From Bacteroidetes bacterium GWF2_38_335 (GTDB taxonomy: Bacteria > Bacteroidota > Bacteroidia > Bacteroidales > GWF2-38-335), in the NCBI GenBank assembly GCA_001769535.1, contig MEOH01000010.1, forward strand, positions 128,414 through 192,413: a DNA stretch of 64,000 bases. Direction: 5' to 3'. The notes beneath the pieces were generated by a model, which saw nothing but the letters and a program-made list of their open reading frames with translations, ran no database searches and was not told where the DNA came from. Numbering within the stretch: position 1 is the stretch's first letter; each line of letters opens with the position of its first letter. Made by a program: the position numbers and the translations under genes. Of the stretch, positions 16,699 through 27,236 are shown piece after piece.

Positions 16699-18510
16699 TT
16701 AGAATAATCCGCCATTCTGGTAAATTTCCATCTGAACATCAGAGAATGGATTTCCCTTAACTGTTTTATTATTTTTCAGATTGGTAATCTCACCTGTTTC
16801 ATAATTTACCCTGATGGTATCACCTTCAACCAAATCAAGTCCTTCAAGTGTTTTGTAAGTCATGATTGGGAATGGAGCATTGATGGCATTTCTTTCGTAA
16901 ATGGCGCCAAATGATTCGGCAATTACACAATGGATACCTAATGAATTGAAGCAGTCAACGGCCTGCTGGCGTGAACTTCCTGCACCAAAATTCTTTTGTG
17001 TTACAACGATGTCGCCGGCTTTTGCCTTTTTGGCAAAATCCTTGTAACCTTCAAGGTTGTCGAAAGCATACTGACCCATTTCCTTAATATTTGTAATGGC
17101 AAGGTAGCGGTTATGGAAAATCATATCTGTGTCAATATTGTCTTCTTTTACATACCATACGCAGCCTTCAACAGTAACCGGTTTTTTCTCCGATTTTACT
17201 TCTTTTTCAACAGCTTTCGCTCCGGTTGTTGCCTGTTTTAATGAATCAAAAGTGGCAGGTTGGGCTGGAATATTATCTGGCGTGGTAATATAGCCGGCTA
17301 CAGCCGATGCTGCAACAATTGATGGTGATGAAAGATACACATCTCCGGCTCCCTGTTTCCCCGGGAAATTACGGTTGCCGGTACTGATTGTCACTTCACC
17401 CGGACCATTCTGACCTACCTGTCCGGCTGCACAACCAGCACATCCTGCATTTGAAAGCATTGCACCAGCTTCTTTAAAAACAGTAATAAGTCCTTCTTTC
17501 ATTGCCTGCTGCCATATTTCATCGGTGGCAGGAACAATTTTCAGAACCACTCCCGGTGCAACTTTCCTTCCCCTTAGAATATTTGCAGCTTCACGAAGGT
17601 CTTCAATTCGACCATTGGTGCAACTGCCGATAAAAGCAGAGTCAATTTTGGTGTTTTTGAATTCGGTCACATTAACTGCTCCATGAGGTTTGCCGGGTTT
17701 TGAAGCCATTGGAACATATTTTGAGATGTCAATCACATCATCCACAACATAAACGGCATCTTTGTCGGCAATAATTTTTTCAATTTTTTTACCGGTAACT
17801 TTTTCACTTTGTTTGATTATGGCATCACTTGGGGGTATCATTATGGTAATAACTCCCATTTCAGTACCCATAGACGCGATGGTAATTCTTTCATCAAGGG
17901 TCAGTCCATCAATGGCTTCTCCATACAATTCAACAGAATATCCCAGCAAAGAATTGGCTCCGTATTTAGCCAAAATGTTAAGAACAATGTCTTTTGCGGT
18001 TACATTTGCCGGACGTTTTCCTGTGAAAGTTATTCTTGCCGATTCAGGAACCTTAAACCAGATGGAACCTTTTGCAAAAGTGGCGGCAATATCCACATCG
18101 CCCATTCCTTGCCCGAATGCACCAATGGCACCCATGATATTTGCATGCGAGTCGGTTGAAACAAATGTGCTCCCCGGCCAGGCCAGTCCTTTATCAATAG
18201 CCAGATGGGTTCCGATGCCGGCATCAATATCATACACCTTAAAACCTTGCTGACGGGCATACTGACGACAAATATGCTGATTCACCGCGTATTTCTGATC
18301 AGAACCGGTTGGGTTGCAGTCAAATGTGAAAAAAGTTTTGGATGGATCATCAATTCCCATTCCGTTATCCTTAAGATTTTTCACAACATTGGCACCGCCA
18401 AAGTCTCTGGCCACGCGTGCATCAATAAAAATGTCAATATTTTCATTGGGCTTTACCACATCATATTTTGAGTGGCTGGCTAAAATTTTTTCAATAATGG
18501 TCATTCCCAT
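16699..18510 (-). CDS. Aconitase-family dehydratase with fused large (LeuC/HacA-like) and small (LeuD/HacB-like) subunits
   Basis: ORF track gives 644 aa; I trim it to Met42 (MGMTIIEKILASHS...). The large-subunit part has GSCTNGR and NAGCAGCAAG cluster-ligand contexts. The C-terminal 170 aa look like the small subunit (VWYVKEDNIDTDMIFHNRYL...NFGAGSSRQQAV...VIAESFGAIYERNAINAPFP). Confidence 0.8.
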   Translation of the reverse strand: MGMTIIEKILASHSKYDVVKPNENIDIFIDARVARDFGGANVVKNLKDNGMGIDDPSKTFFTFDCNPTGSDQKYAVNQHICRQYARQQGFKVYDIDAGIGTHLAIDKGLAWPGSTFVSTDSHANIMGAIGAFGQGMGDVDIAATFAKGSIWFKVPESARITFTGKRPANVTAKDIVLNILAKYGANSLLGYSVELYGEAIDGLTLDERITIASMGTEMGVITIMIPPSDAIIKQSEKVTGKKIEKIIADKDAVYVVDDVIDISKYVPMASKPGKPHGAVNVTEFKNTKIDSAFIGSCTNGRIEDLREAANILRGRKVAPGVVLKIVPATDEIWQQAMKEGLITVFKEAGAMLSNAGCAGCAAGQVGQNGPGEVTISTGNRNFPGKQGAGDVYLSSPSIVAASAVAGYITTPDNIPAQPATFDSLKQATTGAKAVEKEVKSEKKPVTVEGCVWYVKEDNIDTDMIFHNRYLAITNIKEMGQYAFDNLEGYKDFAKKAKAGDIVVTQKNFGAGSSRQQAVDCFNSLGIHCVIAESFGAIYERNAINAPFPIMTYKTLEGLDLVEGDTIRVNYETGEITNLKNNKTVKGNPFSDVQMEIYQNGGLF

Positions 18511-18661
18511 AATAATTTCTTTTTTAGTTGTTAGTGAACAAAGATGAAAAATAAATTTTGAAAAAACAACATCAGAATTTTTATGAATCAATGGAATCAA
18601 CAAGGATTTTTGTTTAATTTTGTATATATGCAAATTATTGTCATATAGATAATCGAAATTG

Positions 18662-21139
18662 ATGAAGTTTTATTTATTAATAGTGTCTTTATATTTCCTT
18701 TTTATTATCGGATTATCCGGACAAGACAATACATGTGCGAAGGAACCGATTCCTGGTTACAGTATAAATGAGGTAGGCAGGGAAATTCCGGAAATCAAAA
18801 TAAGAAAAAGCAAAGGCTCATTGCCACCTTTCCATGATAACAGTCTGAGTCCCTTTTTCCCTCCCTTCAGATGCATGGGCTATTACAGTTGTCATGGTTT
18901 TTCATCCATATACTTTGCTCTTTCTTATGAGTTAAACCGTATGCGCGGCACTCCTGCAGAGCTTCCTGAAAACACACTGTCCGAGTTGTTTGCGTATAAT
19001 TTTTTAAATTCAGGCAGTGCAGTAATTGGTGCCAATTACTATGATATTCTGGATATTGTGAGGGCGGCAGGCAACCCTTTTTGGAAAGATTTCTCACTGG
19101 ATTCCACAACCATAATCATGAACGAAAAACTTTGGATGACCGGATACGACAAGTACCTCGAATCATTCAAAAACCGCATTTCAGGTTATTACGCTATCAA
19201 AGTCAATAGTGAAGAAGGAATCGAAAACCTCAAACAATGGCTGTATCACCATAATGAAGATTCTCCGTATGGTGGTGTTGCCAATTGCATCATTGGTGGA
19301 CCAAATGTTATGGACACCATTCAACTTCCAACATCCTACAATGGTTTGATTTATTTAAAAAGTTCCGGGCCTTATTTCAGTCACTCCGTTACCATTACCG
19401 GATATGATGATTCAGTAACTTTTGACTTTAACGGAGATGGAATTTCAACCACAGAAATTGACATCAATGGTGATGATTTGGTAAATCTTTACGACTGCGA
19501 ATTGGGGGCATTTATTATATCAGAAACTTTCGGTTCATCCGATGGAAATAATGGAAGGCATTATTACCCATACAGATTTTTTTCAACAGTAAATCCCAAC
19601 AGGTTATGGCATGATGAAGCAAATATCATTGTTGCCGACACAAATGCATTTCCTTTGGTTACAGCCAGAATTAAACTGAACCATACATGTCGAAACAAGA
19701 TAAAAGTTTTTACCGGAGTTTCAAAAGACACTGCTTCTATTAGTCCGGAAAACATTTATGAATATCCGCATTTTTATTTTCAGGGAGGAAATTTTCCTAT
19801 GCAGGGCTTATCTGCCGACAGCTCCAAAACCATTGAATTTGCCCTCGATCTTACTCCATTATTGTCGTATATTAATTCCGGAGAATTGGCACGATTTTTT
19901 GTTTGTGTAAAAGAGAATGATTTTGCAGACACAAGCGAAGGTTATCTGGTAGAATTTGAAGTAAATAATCATATCACCGGGGAAGTTCATCTTTCACCGC
20001 AAAACCATCTTGAACTTAAAAATGACTCAATAACCAGTTTATCAGTAGTTTGCCAAATTAACTTCAATAAACCGGAAATAACCGACAGTGTAATTACGCT
20101 TGAACCGGATATCAGTGGTTACCCGGTTTCATCTGACGGAGGAACCCCGGGCTTTCATTGGCAGTTAATTAATGAATACACTTATTCTCAATCTTCCCTT
20201 ATCTTTCCCGAAACGCTTGAAAATAATTTTATTCCGTGGGATTCAAGCAATTACTTCACCCAACTTGACCTGGATTTTGATTTCCCATTCTATGGCACAG
20301 ATTACAACAGTATTTATATTTCCGTTGAGGGTATGGTTTTCTTTGACTCTCCTCCCTTTTTATGGCCATATTTTACGCCTGGCGAAAACACAATAAAAAC
20401 TTTAAAATTGATTGCACCTTTTTTTACCAACATGAAAATAAGGCCGGGCGGAGGAATATCATATACAAAAAACGATACACTGGCAATAATCTCATGGAAA
20501 CTGACAAATCAAAATACAGATACACCTGGAACTGAAGTCGATTTTTGTGTAAAACTGCACAGTTCAGGAAAAATAGATTTCTGTTATGGAAATTTGTATT
20601 TTGCTGATAATAACTGGATTGCAGGAGTTTCTGATGGGTCAGGTTCTCAGTATACAATTTTAGAACAATCAGGGGAAACAAATTTCTGCAGTGAAAAATC
20701 ATTCAGTTTTAATTACATAAAACATCCCGATCATTTTCAGATTGACGATACAGGCTGGCTTTCCTTTGTAAGGAACCTGATAAGCTCAGGCGATTCAATA
20801 TATCTGAAAATAACCGATTCTATTGGTCTTTTTGATAAAAAACACCTTTCCTTTAAATTTCCCGAAGGTATTTTCACAGATGATTATGATCCGCAGGTTT
20901 TTCCAAATCCATTCTCAGATTTCCTATATATTCCTGTTTACCAAAAAAACAATGATCAGATAAGTATTTGTCTTTATGATGCATTTGGAAGAAAATTAGC
21001 TGAAATCAATAATATTCATGTGGAAAACGGATACCACGTTTTACGTTTCGATGAACAGTATAATCTCTCTTCCGGGGTATATTTCCTAAATCTCACTGTT
21101 AATGGAAAGATGACTGTTAAAAAAATCGTAAAACTGTGA
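18662..21139 (+). CDS. Secreted papain-like (C1-like) cysteine peptidase candidate with a long unknown middle region and a T9SS type A CTD
   Basis: ORF track, 826 aa (ATG at 18662). Signal peptide. Candidate catalytic Cys context YYSCHGFSSIYFALSYEL and His context SHSVTITGYDD. C-terminus VFPNPFSDFLYIPV...GVYFLNLTVNGKMTVKKIVKL. Confidence 0.55.
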   Translation: MKFYLLIVSLYFLFIIGLSGQDNTCAKEPIPGYSINEVGREIPEIKIRKSKGSLPPFHDNSLSPFFPPFRCMGYYSCHGFSSIYFALSYELNRMRGTPAELPENTLSELFAYNFLNSGSAVIGANYYDILDIVRAAGNPFWKDFSLDSTTIIMNEKLWMTGYDKYLESFKNRISGYYAIKVNSEEGIENLKQWLYHHNEDSPYGGVANCIIGGPNVMDTIQLPTSYNGLIYLKSSGPYFSHSVTITGYDDSVTFDFNGDGISTTEIDINGDDLVNLYDCELGAFIISETFGSSDGNNGRHYYPYRFFSTVNPNRLWHDEANIIVADTNAFPLVTARIKLNHTCRNKIKVFTGVSKDTASISPENIYEYPHFYFQGGNFPMQGLSADSSKTIEFALDLTPLLSYINSGELARFFVCVKENDFADTSEGYLVEFEVNNHITGEVHLSPQNHLELKNDSITSLSVVCQINFNKPEITDSVITLEPDISGYPVSSDGGTPGFHWQLINEYTYSQSSLIFPETLENNFIPWDSSNYFTQLDLDFDFPFYGTDYNSIYISVEGMVFFDSPPFLWPYFTPGENTIKTLKLIAPFFTNMKIRPGGGISYTKNDTLAIISWKLTNQNTDTPGTEVDFCVKLHSSGKIDFCYGNLYFADNNWIAGVSDGSGSQYTILEQSGETNFCSEKSFSFNYIKHPDHFQIDDTGWLSFVRNLISSGDSIYLKITDSIGLFDKKHLSFKFPEGIFTDDYDPQVFPNPFSDFLYIPVYQKNNDQISICLYDAFGRKLAEINNIHVENGYHVLRFDEQYNLSSGVYFLNLTVNGKMTVKKIVKL

Positions 21140-21175
21140 TTTTTCAAACCCCGAAAACATTCTATCTTTGCACCC

Positions 21176-23113
21176 ATGATTTCGGTAAACCATGTATCAG
21201 TACATTTTGGCGGTTTCGAACTGTTCAATGACATTTCTTTTCTGATTAACCAGAAAGACAGGATTGGTCTTGTCGGGAAAAATGGTGCCGGCAAATCCAC
21301 GCTTCTCAAGATTATCATTGGGCAGGAAAATCCCACTATGGGCTCGGTTGAAATGCCAAACAGACTGATAAAAGGATACCTTCCACAACAGATGAGCTGC
21401 TCAAATGACAAAACCGTTTACGATGAAACCTATTCTGCTTTTACTGAGATAATCAGTCTGACCGATAAAATAACCCATCTGACACATTTAATCGAAAACC
21501 GCACCGACTATCATTCTGACGAGTATCTGTCAATTATTGAAAAACTCACTGATGCCAACGAACGATTCGAACTTCTTGGTGGTAACAGTTTGCAGGCGGA
21601 TATTGAACAAACGCTTACCGGACTGGGTTTTGCTGTTCCAGACTTTTCAAAAGCCACAGCCGAGCTGAGTGGAGGATGGCGAATGCGTATAGAACTGGCA
21701 AAAATACTGCTTCAAAAGCCCGACATACTTTTGCTTGATGAGCCTACAAATCATCTTGATATTGAATCCATTCAATGGCTCGAAGATTATCTTAAAACTT
21801 TTCCGGGAGCAGTTATCCTCATTTCACACGACCGGGCTTTCCTCGATAATGTAACTACCCGAACGGTAGAAATTTCACTGGGAAAAATTTACGATTATAA
21901 AGTATCTTACACAAAATATGTTGAACTTCGGAAGGAACGCAGACAAACTCAATTAAATGCTTTCCAAAACCAGCAGAAAAAAATAGAAGATACCGAACGG
22001 TTTATTGAAAGGTTCAGATATAAAAATACCAAAGCGGTTCAGGTACAGTCAAGGATCAAACAGCTTGAGAAAATTGACCGCATAGAAGTTGATGAGGAAG
22101 ATAATTCGTCCATGCATTTTAAATTTCCTCCTGCTCCCCACTCAGGCAACATCGTAATGGAATCCATTGAACTCTCAAAAAGTTATGGTTCGCATAAGGT
22201 TCTTGATAAAGTTGATTTTATTCTCGAAAAAAACGAAAAGGTTGCTTTTGTGGGAAAGAATGGTGAAGGAAAAACTACTTTTTCCAGAATTATTGTCGGA
22301 GAACTGGACCACACCGGTATATTAAAACCCGGACATAAAGTGGAAATCGGCTATTATGCCCAAAACCAGGACCTGCTGCTTGACGAGGAAAAAACAGTGC
22401 TTCAAACCATAGATGAAATTGCTGTGGGTGACATCCGGACAAGGATTCGTGATATTTTAGGTTCATTCCTTTTTAGTGGTGAGGATGTTGATAAAAAAGT
22501 CAAAGTGCTTTCAGGCGGAGAACGCTCGCGACTTGCTTTGGCAAAATTACTTTTAAGACCGGTAAACCTGTTGGTACTTGATGAGCCAACCAATCATCTG
22601 GATATGCGATCGAAGGATATCCTGAAAGAATCACTGCTCAAATACGACGGCACTTTGTTAATCGTGTCACACGACAGATATTTTCTTGATGGATTGGTAA
22701 CAAAGGTTTATGAGTTTAGAAGCAAAAAAATAAGGCAACATATCGGGGGGATTTATGATTTTCTGCAACGAAAAAAAATCGAGACGCTGAAAGAACTTGA
22801 GCAAAAAAGAGCAGTTGCCGTTAAAACACAGGATAATGCTCCCTCTGCAAACAAAATGGACTACCTTGATAAAAAAGAACTTGAAAAAGAAATCAGGAAG
22901 GTTACAAACCGATTGGGAGCTTCAGAGAAACGCATCGAAGAACTTGAAAAAGAAATCGAAGATTTGAATCTGGCAATTTCATCACCCGAAAATACGGGTA
23001 ATCATGATTTATACATCCGTTTTGAACAGGTGAAAAAAGATATGGAAACTGAACTCGAAAACTGGGAAAAAACAGGTATTGAGCTCGAAAACCTCAGACA
23101 AAAAAGAAAATAG
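21176..23113 (+). CDS. ABC-F family ATPase (two ABC domains, no transmembrane domain, C-terminal coiled coil)
   Basis: ORF track, 645 aa. Walker A GKNGAGKST and GKNGEGKTT. Signatures LSGGWRMR and LSGGERSR. Walker B LLLDEPTNHLD and LVLDEPTNHLD. K/E-rich tail. Confidence 0.9.
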   Translation: MISVNHVSVHFGGFELFNDISFLINQKDRIGLVGKNGAGKSTLLKIIIGQENPTMGSVEMPNRLIKGYLPQQMSCSNDKTVYDETYSAFTEIISLTDKITHLTHLIENRTDYHSDEYLSIIEKLTDANERFELLGGNSLQADIEQTLTGLGFAVPDFSKATAELSGGWRMRIELAKILLQKPDILLLDEPTNHLDIESIQWLEDYLKTFPGAVILISHDRAFLDNVTTRTVEISLGKIYDYKVSYTKYVELRKERRQTQLNAFQNQQKKIEDTERFIERFRYKNTKAVQVQSRIKQLEKIDRIEVDEEDNSSMHFKFPPAPHSGNIVMESIELSKSYGSHKVLDKVDFILEKNEKVAFVGKNGEGKTTFSRIIVGELDHTGILKPGHKVEIGYYAQNQDLLLDEEKTVLQTIDEIAVGDIRTRIRDILGSFLFSGEDVDKKVKVLSGGERSRLALAKLLLRPVNLLVLDEPTNHLDMRSKDILKESLLKYDGTLLIVSHDRYFLDGLVTKVYEFRSKKIRQHIGGIYDFLQRKKIETLKELEQKRAVAVKTQDNAPSANKMDYLDKKELEKEIRKVTNRLGASEKRIEELEKEIEDLNLAISSPENTGNHDLYIRFEQVKKDMETELENWEKTGIELENLRQKRK

Positions 23114-23114
23114 A

Positions 23115-23687
23115 ATGCAATTTACATATGATGAAATAAATACGTCACGCTTACTTCTGCGAAAACCTGTTATAAATGACGATTCAGCCATCTTTTCTTT
23201 GTTTTCGGATGAGGAAATCCTAAAGTATTCCGGAATTAAAAAGCATGGAACAATTAATGAAAGCCAAAGTGCCATCATGGAATTTGATGAAGGCATAAAC
23301 AGCAGCAAATTATTAATTTGGGCAGTATGTTTAAAACCCTTTGACAAATTGGTCGGACTAATCGGAATATTATATATAAATCACGATCATCATTTTGGTT
23401 CTTTTGCTTCAGTATTAGAAAAAAAATACTGGAAAAAAGGCATTATTTCCGAAGCACACCGTGCAGTTATTTCCTGGGCATTTGAAAATACAGAGTTAAA
23501 CAGAATCGAATCACAGTTTTATGAAAATCACCCTGCTGTAGAAAAAATGCTGATTAAATCAGGTATGATCAGGGAGGGTATTTTACGGGAAAATTTTCTG
23601 ATTGAAAATAAACATGTTAACAGCATAATTTACTCAGTTACAAAAAATGACTACCTTAAAAATCCTTCATTTTATAAATCAGTATAG
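23115..23687 (+). CDS. GNAT-family N-acetyltransferase (RimJ/RimL-like)
   Basis: ORF track frame trimmed to ATG at 23115 (MQFTYDEINTSRLLLRKP), one nt after the ABC-F stop. GNAT-like core KKYWKKGIISEAHRAVISWAFENTELNRIESQ. Confidence 0.75.
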   Translation: MQFTYDEINTSRLLLRKPVINDDSAIFSLFSDEEILKYSGIKKHGTINESQSAIMEFDEGINSSKLLIWAVCLKPFDKLVGLIGILYINHDHHFGSFASVLEKKYWKKGIISEAHRAVISWAFENTELNRIESQFYENHPAVEKMLIKSGMIREGILRENFLIENKHVNSIIYSVTKNDYLKNPSFYKSV

Positions 23688-23744
23688 TACGATATAAATA
23701 TTATTGCTATTTTTATATCGGTTTTACACATTAAATCTGGCAAA

Positions 23745-25061
23745 GTGTTAAAAATAACAACCGGCATTCCAAAACAATTGCATTGGCAGGACAAGAAGAA
23801 CTCTTTTTTCTCCCTGTTTTTATTGCTTTTTCTGATAACCATTGTTTTTTCTGATTGCAAACCATACTACAATACAGTCAGCAACAACAATGTGTCATTT
23901 CTGTACAATCCTTCACTGGGGTCACTGAAACCCGAATACCGGGTTTATCATACCGGAAATGAAACTTCTGCTTTATTTTTTGCTATCAGCACCGACCAGC
24001 TTATTTTTAGTAAAACTCTTACAGATCCTGAAATAAAAGCAAAAATCAAGATTAATTACCAGCTTATCAGATCACTTGAATCAAACGAAATTACCGACAG
24101 CGCCACTACAATTATCAGATTGGAAAAATCTGAAAACAAGCTGTACACTGACTTTATTGAAATAAAAATTCCTGAAAACGAAAAATTTACGCTTAAAATA
24201 GTTTTTACTGACGTAACAAGCAGTAAATCAGCAACATCTTACATAGATATTAACAAAGCCAATTTGCATGCAGCTCAGAACTACCTTCCTGTAATGCTGA
24301 ATGGTACAAATTTTTATCGAAACTTTGTTTATAGTTCAGACAGTTTGATATTTAAAAATAAGAGAAATAATGCTGATTACTATTTTGTCAGTTACTACGA
24401 TACCGAATTTGAAATGGCACAGCCTCCGTTTTCGCTGACAGTATATAAATCCACAGCATTGATTCCGGCCGAGATTAAAAAAGTCAAATCGACCGACACC
24501 CTGGTTTTTGCAAAAAGGGGCATGTATATTATACAAACCGACACCTCACAGAATGATGGTTTTACAATTCACAATTTCGGGGACTTTTATCCCGAATTCA
24601 AAACTGCCGGCGAAATGCTCAAACCGGTAAGATTTCTTGTGACAAGTAAAGAATTCAAAAAATACGAGGAGTACACAAATAAAAAGCTCGCTGTAGATGA
24701 ATTCTGGCTCAAATCAACCGGCAATACTGACAGAGCGAGGGAGGTGATCAGAGCATTTTATAACCGGGCGAGTTTTGCCAATGTTTATTTTACATCCTAT
24801 TTGGAGGGATGGAAATCTGATCGCGGAATGATCTATATGATTTACGGCGCTCCCAAACACATTTATAAAACAAACGATTCTGAAAGATGGCTGTACGGAG
24901 ACAGTCCGGATGTTATTTCCCTAAGTTTCACCTTCAGCAAGGTGGACAACAATTTTTCGGAAAACGACTACATATTAATACGCAAGGAAATTTATAAATC
25001 AAGCTGGTACCAGGCAGTAGATACCTGGAGGAACGGCAGGGTTTATTCAATAGTTCACTAA
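23745..25061 (+). CDS. GWxTD domain-containing protein
   Basis: ORF track, 438 aa (GTG start; the true start is uncertain). C-terminal GWKSDRGMIYMIYGAPKHIY matches the GWxTD signature. Hydrophobic N-terminus. Confidence 0.7.
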   Translation: MLKITTGIPKQLHWQDKKNSFFSLFLLLFLITIVFSDCKPYYNTVSNNNVSFLYNPSLGSLKPEYRVYHTGNETSALFFAISTDQLIFSKTLTDPEIKAKIKINYQLIRSLESNEITDSATTIIRLEKSENKLYTDFIEIKIPENEKFTLKIVFTDVTSSKSATSYIDINKANLHAAQNYLPVMLNGTNFYRNFVYSSDSLIFKNKRNNADYYFVSYYDTEFEMAQPPFSLTVYKSTALIPAEIKKVKSTDTLVFAKRGMYIIQTDTSQNDGFTIHNFGDFYPEFKTAGEMLKPVRFLVTSKEFKKYEEYTNKKLAVDEFWLKSTGNTDRAREVIRAFYNRASFANVYFTSYLEGWKSDRGMIYMIYGAPKHIYKTNDSERWLYGDSPDVISLSFTFSKVDNNFSENDYILIRKEIYKSSWYQAVDTWRNGRVYSIVH

Positions 25062-25070
25062 AATATTGCC

Positions 25071-25808
25071 ATGAACGAAAGCAACGATATAATATACGGA
25101 ATCAGAACTTTGCAGGAAGCAATCATTGCCGGAAAAACCATCAGCAAGGTCATGTTTAAAAAGGGCCTTTCGGGTGATCAGTTTCACGCACTTCTCAGGA
25201 TTGTTCAAGAAAACAACATACCTTTTCAGTATGTTCCCATTGAAAAACTTAATCGTACCACGCGCAAAAACCATCAGGGAGTAATTGCCTTTACTACCCC
25301 GGTTGAATTTCAAAAGATCGAGGATATTATCCCATTTTGCTTCGAGAATGGTAAAACGCCTATGGTGCTTTTGCTTGATGAAATCAGCGATGTGAGAAAC
25401 TTTGGTGCCATTTGCCGCACTGCAGAATGTGCCGGTGTTGATGCCGTGGTAATTCCAGATAAAGGTGCCGCTGCAATAAACTCGGATGCTGTAAAAACTT
25501 CGGCCGGAGCACTTTCTGTTATTCCTGTTTGCCGCACTGCTTCACTAAAAAGCACCATCAGATTTCTAAAGGATTCCGGTCTGCAAATTGTTGCTGCCGA
25601 TGAAAAATCAGATAAAAATTTTTACGAAACAGACCTGACCGGTCCCATTGCATTCCTGATGGGTTCTGAGGACCGGGGCATTCATCCCGAAAATCTCAGG
25701 TATGCCGACCATATTGTGAAAATTCCCATGCAGGGAAAAATACAATCATTAAATGTATCTGTTGCAGCGGGAATAATGATTTTTGATGCTGTTCGTCAAA
25801 GAGGATAA
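25071..25808 (+). CDS. rlmB: 23S rRNA (guanosine-2'-O)-methyltransferase RlmB (SpoU/TrmH family)
   Basis: ORF track, 245 aa. LLLDEISDVRNFGAICRTAECAGVDAVVIP and GSEDRGI...[26 protein letters not shown] motifs. Confidence 0.85.
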   Translation: MNESNDIIYGIRTLQEAIIAGKTISKVMFKKGLSGDQFHALLRIVQENNIPFQYVPIEKLNRTTRKNHQGVIAFTTPVEFQKIEDIIPFCFENGKTPMVLLLDEISDVRNFGAICRTAECAGVDAVVIPDKGAAAINSDAVKTSAGALSVIPVCRTASLKSTIRFLKDSGLQIVAADEKSDKNFYETDLTGPIAFLMGSEDRGIHPENLRYADHIVKIPMQGKIQSLNVSVAAGIMIFDAVRQRG

Positions 25809-26484
25809 AAATCTGTACCGATTGAAAAGATCGTGTTTATATATAATTTTATTTTTTGCAACCGGACTTTCATTCTTCGCAAAGGGTCAGGATAGTATTC
25901 CCTTTGTACCCGGAGATTACAGCGTAAACAATCACTTTCTGAAATCAAATCCCTTTCCTGTTTTCTGGAGTTCAATACCAATGACGGGCGAGTATCGCAT
26001 GTGTTATGAAAGTAGAATTTCAAGACACAGCTCTTTCCAGATTGGGGCTTCATATCTGGGAAAGGCCTGGCTTGTTTTGCTTATGGAGGACTCCCTTTAC
26101 TCACCTGGTGAGCCACATCTGATTATGAAAGGATACAGGTTTCAGTTTTCGTATCGATACTATTTTGAAAGTCAATCTCTTGAAGGATTTTATGGCTCGG
26201 CACTTTTTTCCTATTCAGCTTGTAAATTTTCTTACAGGCATCTTTATATCAGAGACGAATACATCAGAGCGGTTCATAAAAATATCAACCTGCTTTTGGG
26301 CTATCAAAGATTGATGGACGATCGCTTTGGAATTGATGTTTTTGTTGGTCTGGGCGTTAGGGAAAACATCTGGATGGAACGTTATAACCAGCAAAATACA
26401 ATCATTGATGACCTGGATGACTTTTACCCCTATGAAGGAAGTCTCAAAATCACGCTGGGATTTAATTTTATTTATCTTTTATAG
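25783..26484 (+). CDS. Hypothetical exported protein, possibly a small outer-membrane beta-barrel
   Basis: ORF track, 233 aa. Hydrophobic N-terminus [19 protein letters not shown]. Alternating aromatic-rich pattern. Start uncertain; overlaps the rlmB end. Confidence 0.45.
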   Translation: MMLFVKEDKNLYRLKRSCLYIILFFATGLSFFAKGQDSIPFVPGDYSVNNHFLKSNPFPVFWSSIPMTGEYRMCYESRISRHSSFQIGASYLGKAWLVLLMEDSLYSPGEPHLIMKGYRFQFSYRYYFESQSLEGFYGSALFSYSACKFSYRHLYIRDEYIRAVHKNINLLLGYQRLMDDRFGIDVFVGLGVRENIWMERYNQQNTIIDDLDDFYPYEGSLKITLGFNFIYLL

Positions 26485-26527
26485 TCAGGTTTTTTATTCA
26501 CATAAAAAGATTTCATATTTTTGCAGT

Positions 26528-27148
26528 ATGAATGAATTTCCGTCAAAATTACTTGAAGAGGCAGTAAACGAGTTTTCCAGATTACCGGGGATAGGAAAAC
26601 GTACAGCACTTCGATTGGTTCTTCACCTGCTCAAGCAAGACAAAGAGGAAGTAAATTCTTTTGGGAACGCTATCATGCGCCTGCGTAATGAAATTAACTT
26701 CTGCAAGACTTGCAATAACGTTTGTGATGAGCATGAATGCAGCATCTGTTCTTCGGGATCGAGAGACCGGGCAACCATTTGTGTGGTTGAAAGCATTAGA
26801 GATGTGATGGCAATAGAGAAAACACATCAGTTTAATGGATTGTACCATGTGCTTGGAGGAATTATTTCTCCGGTTGACGGAATTGGTCCGGGCGACCTGA
26901 CTATTGATTCCCTCGAAAAAAGGATTGCTGCCGGAAATGTACGCGAGGTAATTATGGCTCTGAGCACTACCATGGAAGGCGACACTACAAACTTTTATAT
27001 TTTTAAAAGACTGAGTGAATATAATGTGCGCGTTTCTGTTCTTGCGCGTGGTGTAGCTATTGGCGATGAACTTGAATATGCCGATGAAATAACCCTCGGA
27101 AGGTCCATTGTTAACCGTACACTATTTGAATCTGTTGTCAGCAGATAA
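26528..27148 (+). CDS. recR: Recombination protein RecR
   Basis: ORF track frame trimmed to Met68 ([35 protein letters not shown]). Zinc finger [16 protein letters not shown]. Toprim [14 protein letters not shown]. Confidence 0.92.
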   Translation: MNEFPSKLLEEAVNEFSRLPGIGKRTALRLVLHLLKQDKEEVNSFGNAIMRLRNEINFCKTCNNVCDEHECSICSSGSRDRATICVVESIRDVMAIEKTHQFNGLYHVLGGIISPVDGIGPGDLTIDSLEKRIAAGNVREVIMALSTTMEGDTTNFYIFKRLSEYNVRVSVLARGVAIGDELEYADEITLGRSIVNRTLFESVVSR

Positions 27149-27236
27149 TATTGAGTAAAAAAATTACGTTTAATATCTGAATGCAGAAATGCATTTGCAT
27201 TACTATGTTTTCGCACATTTATAATACACTCTGGAG

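Noticed and set aside
26327-26527. Long N-terminal extensions in the track for recR (26327), the TonB-like gene (49924), the porin-like gene (50926), the aconitase-family gene (18633), parA (40931) and others.
   Set aside because: The extensions overlap upstream genes or intergenic sequence and lack homology-type sequence. Internal Met codons give canonical N-termini (signal peptides, [30 protein letters not shown]), so the starts were trimmed.
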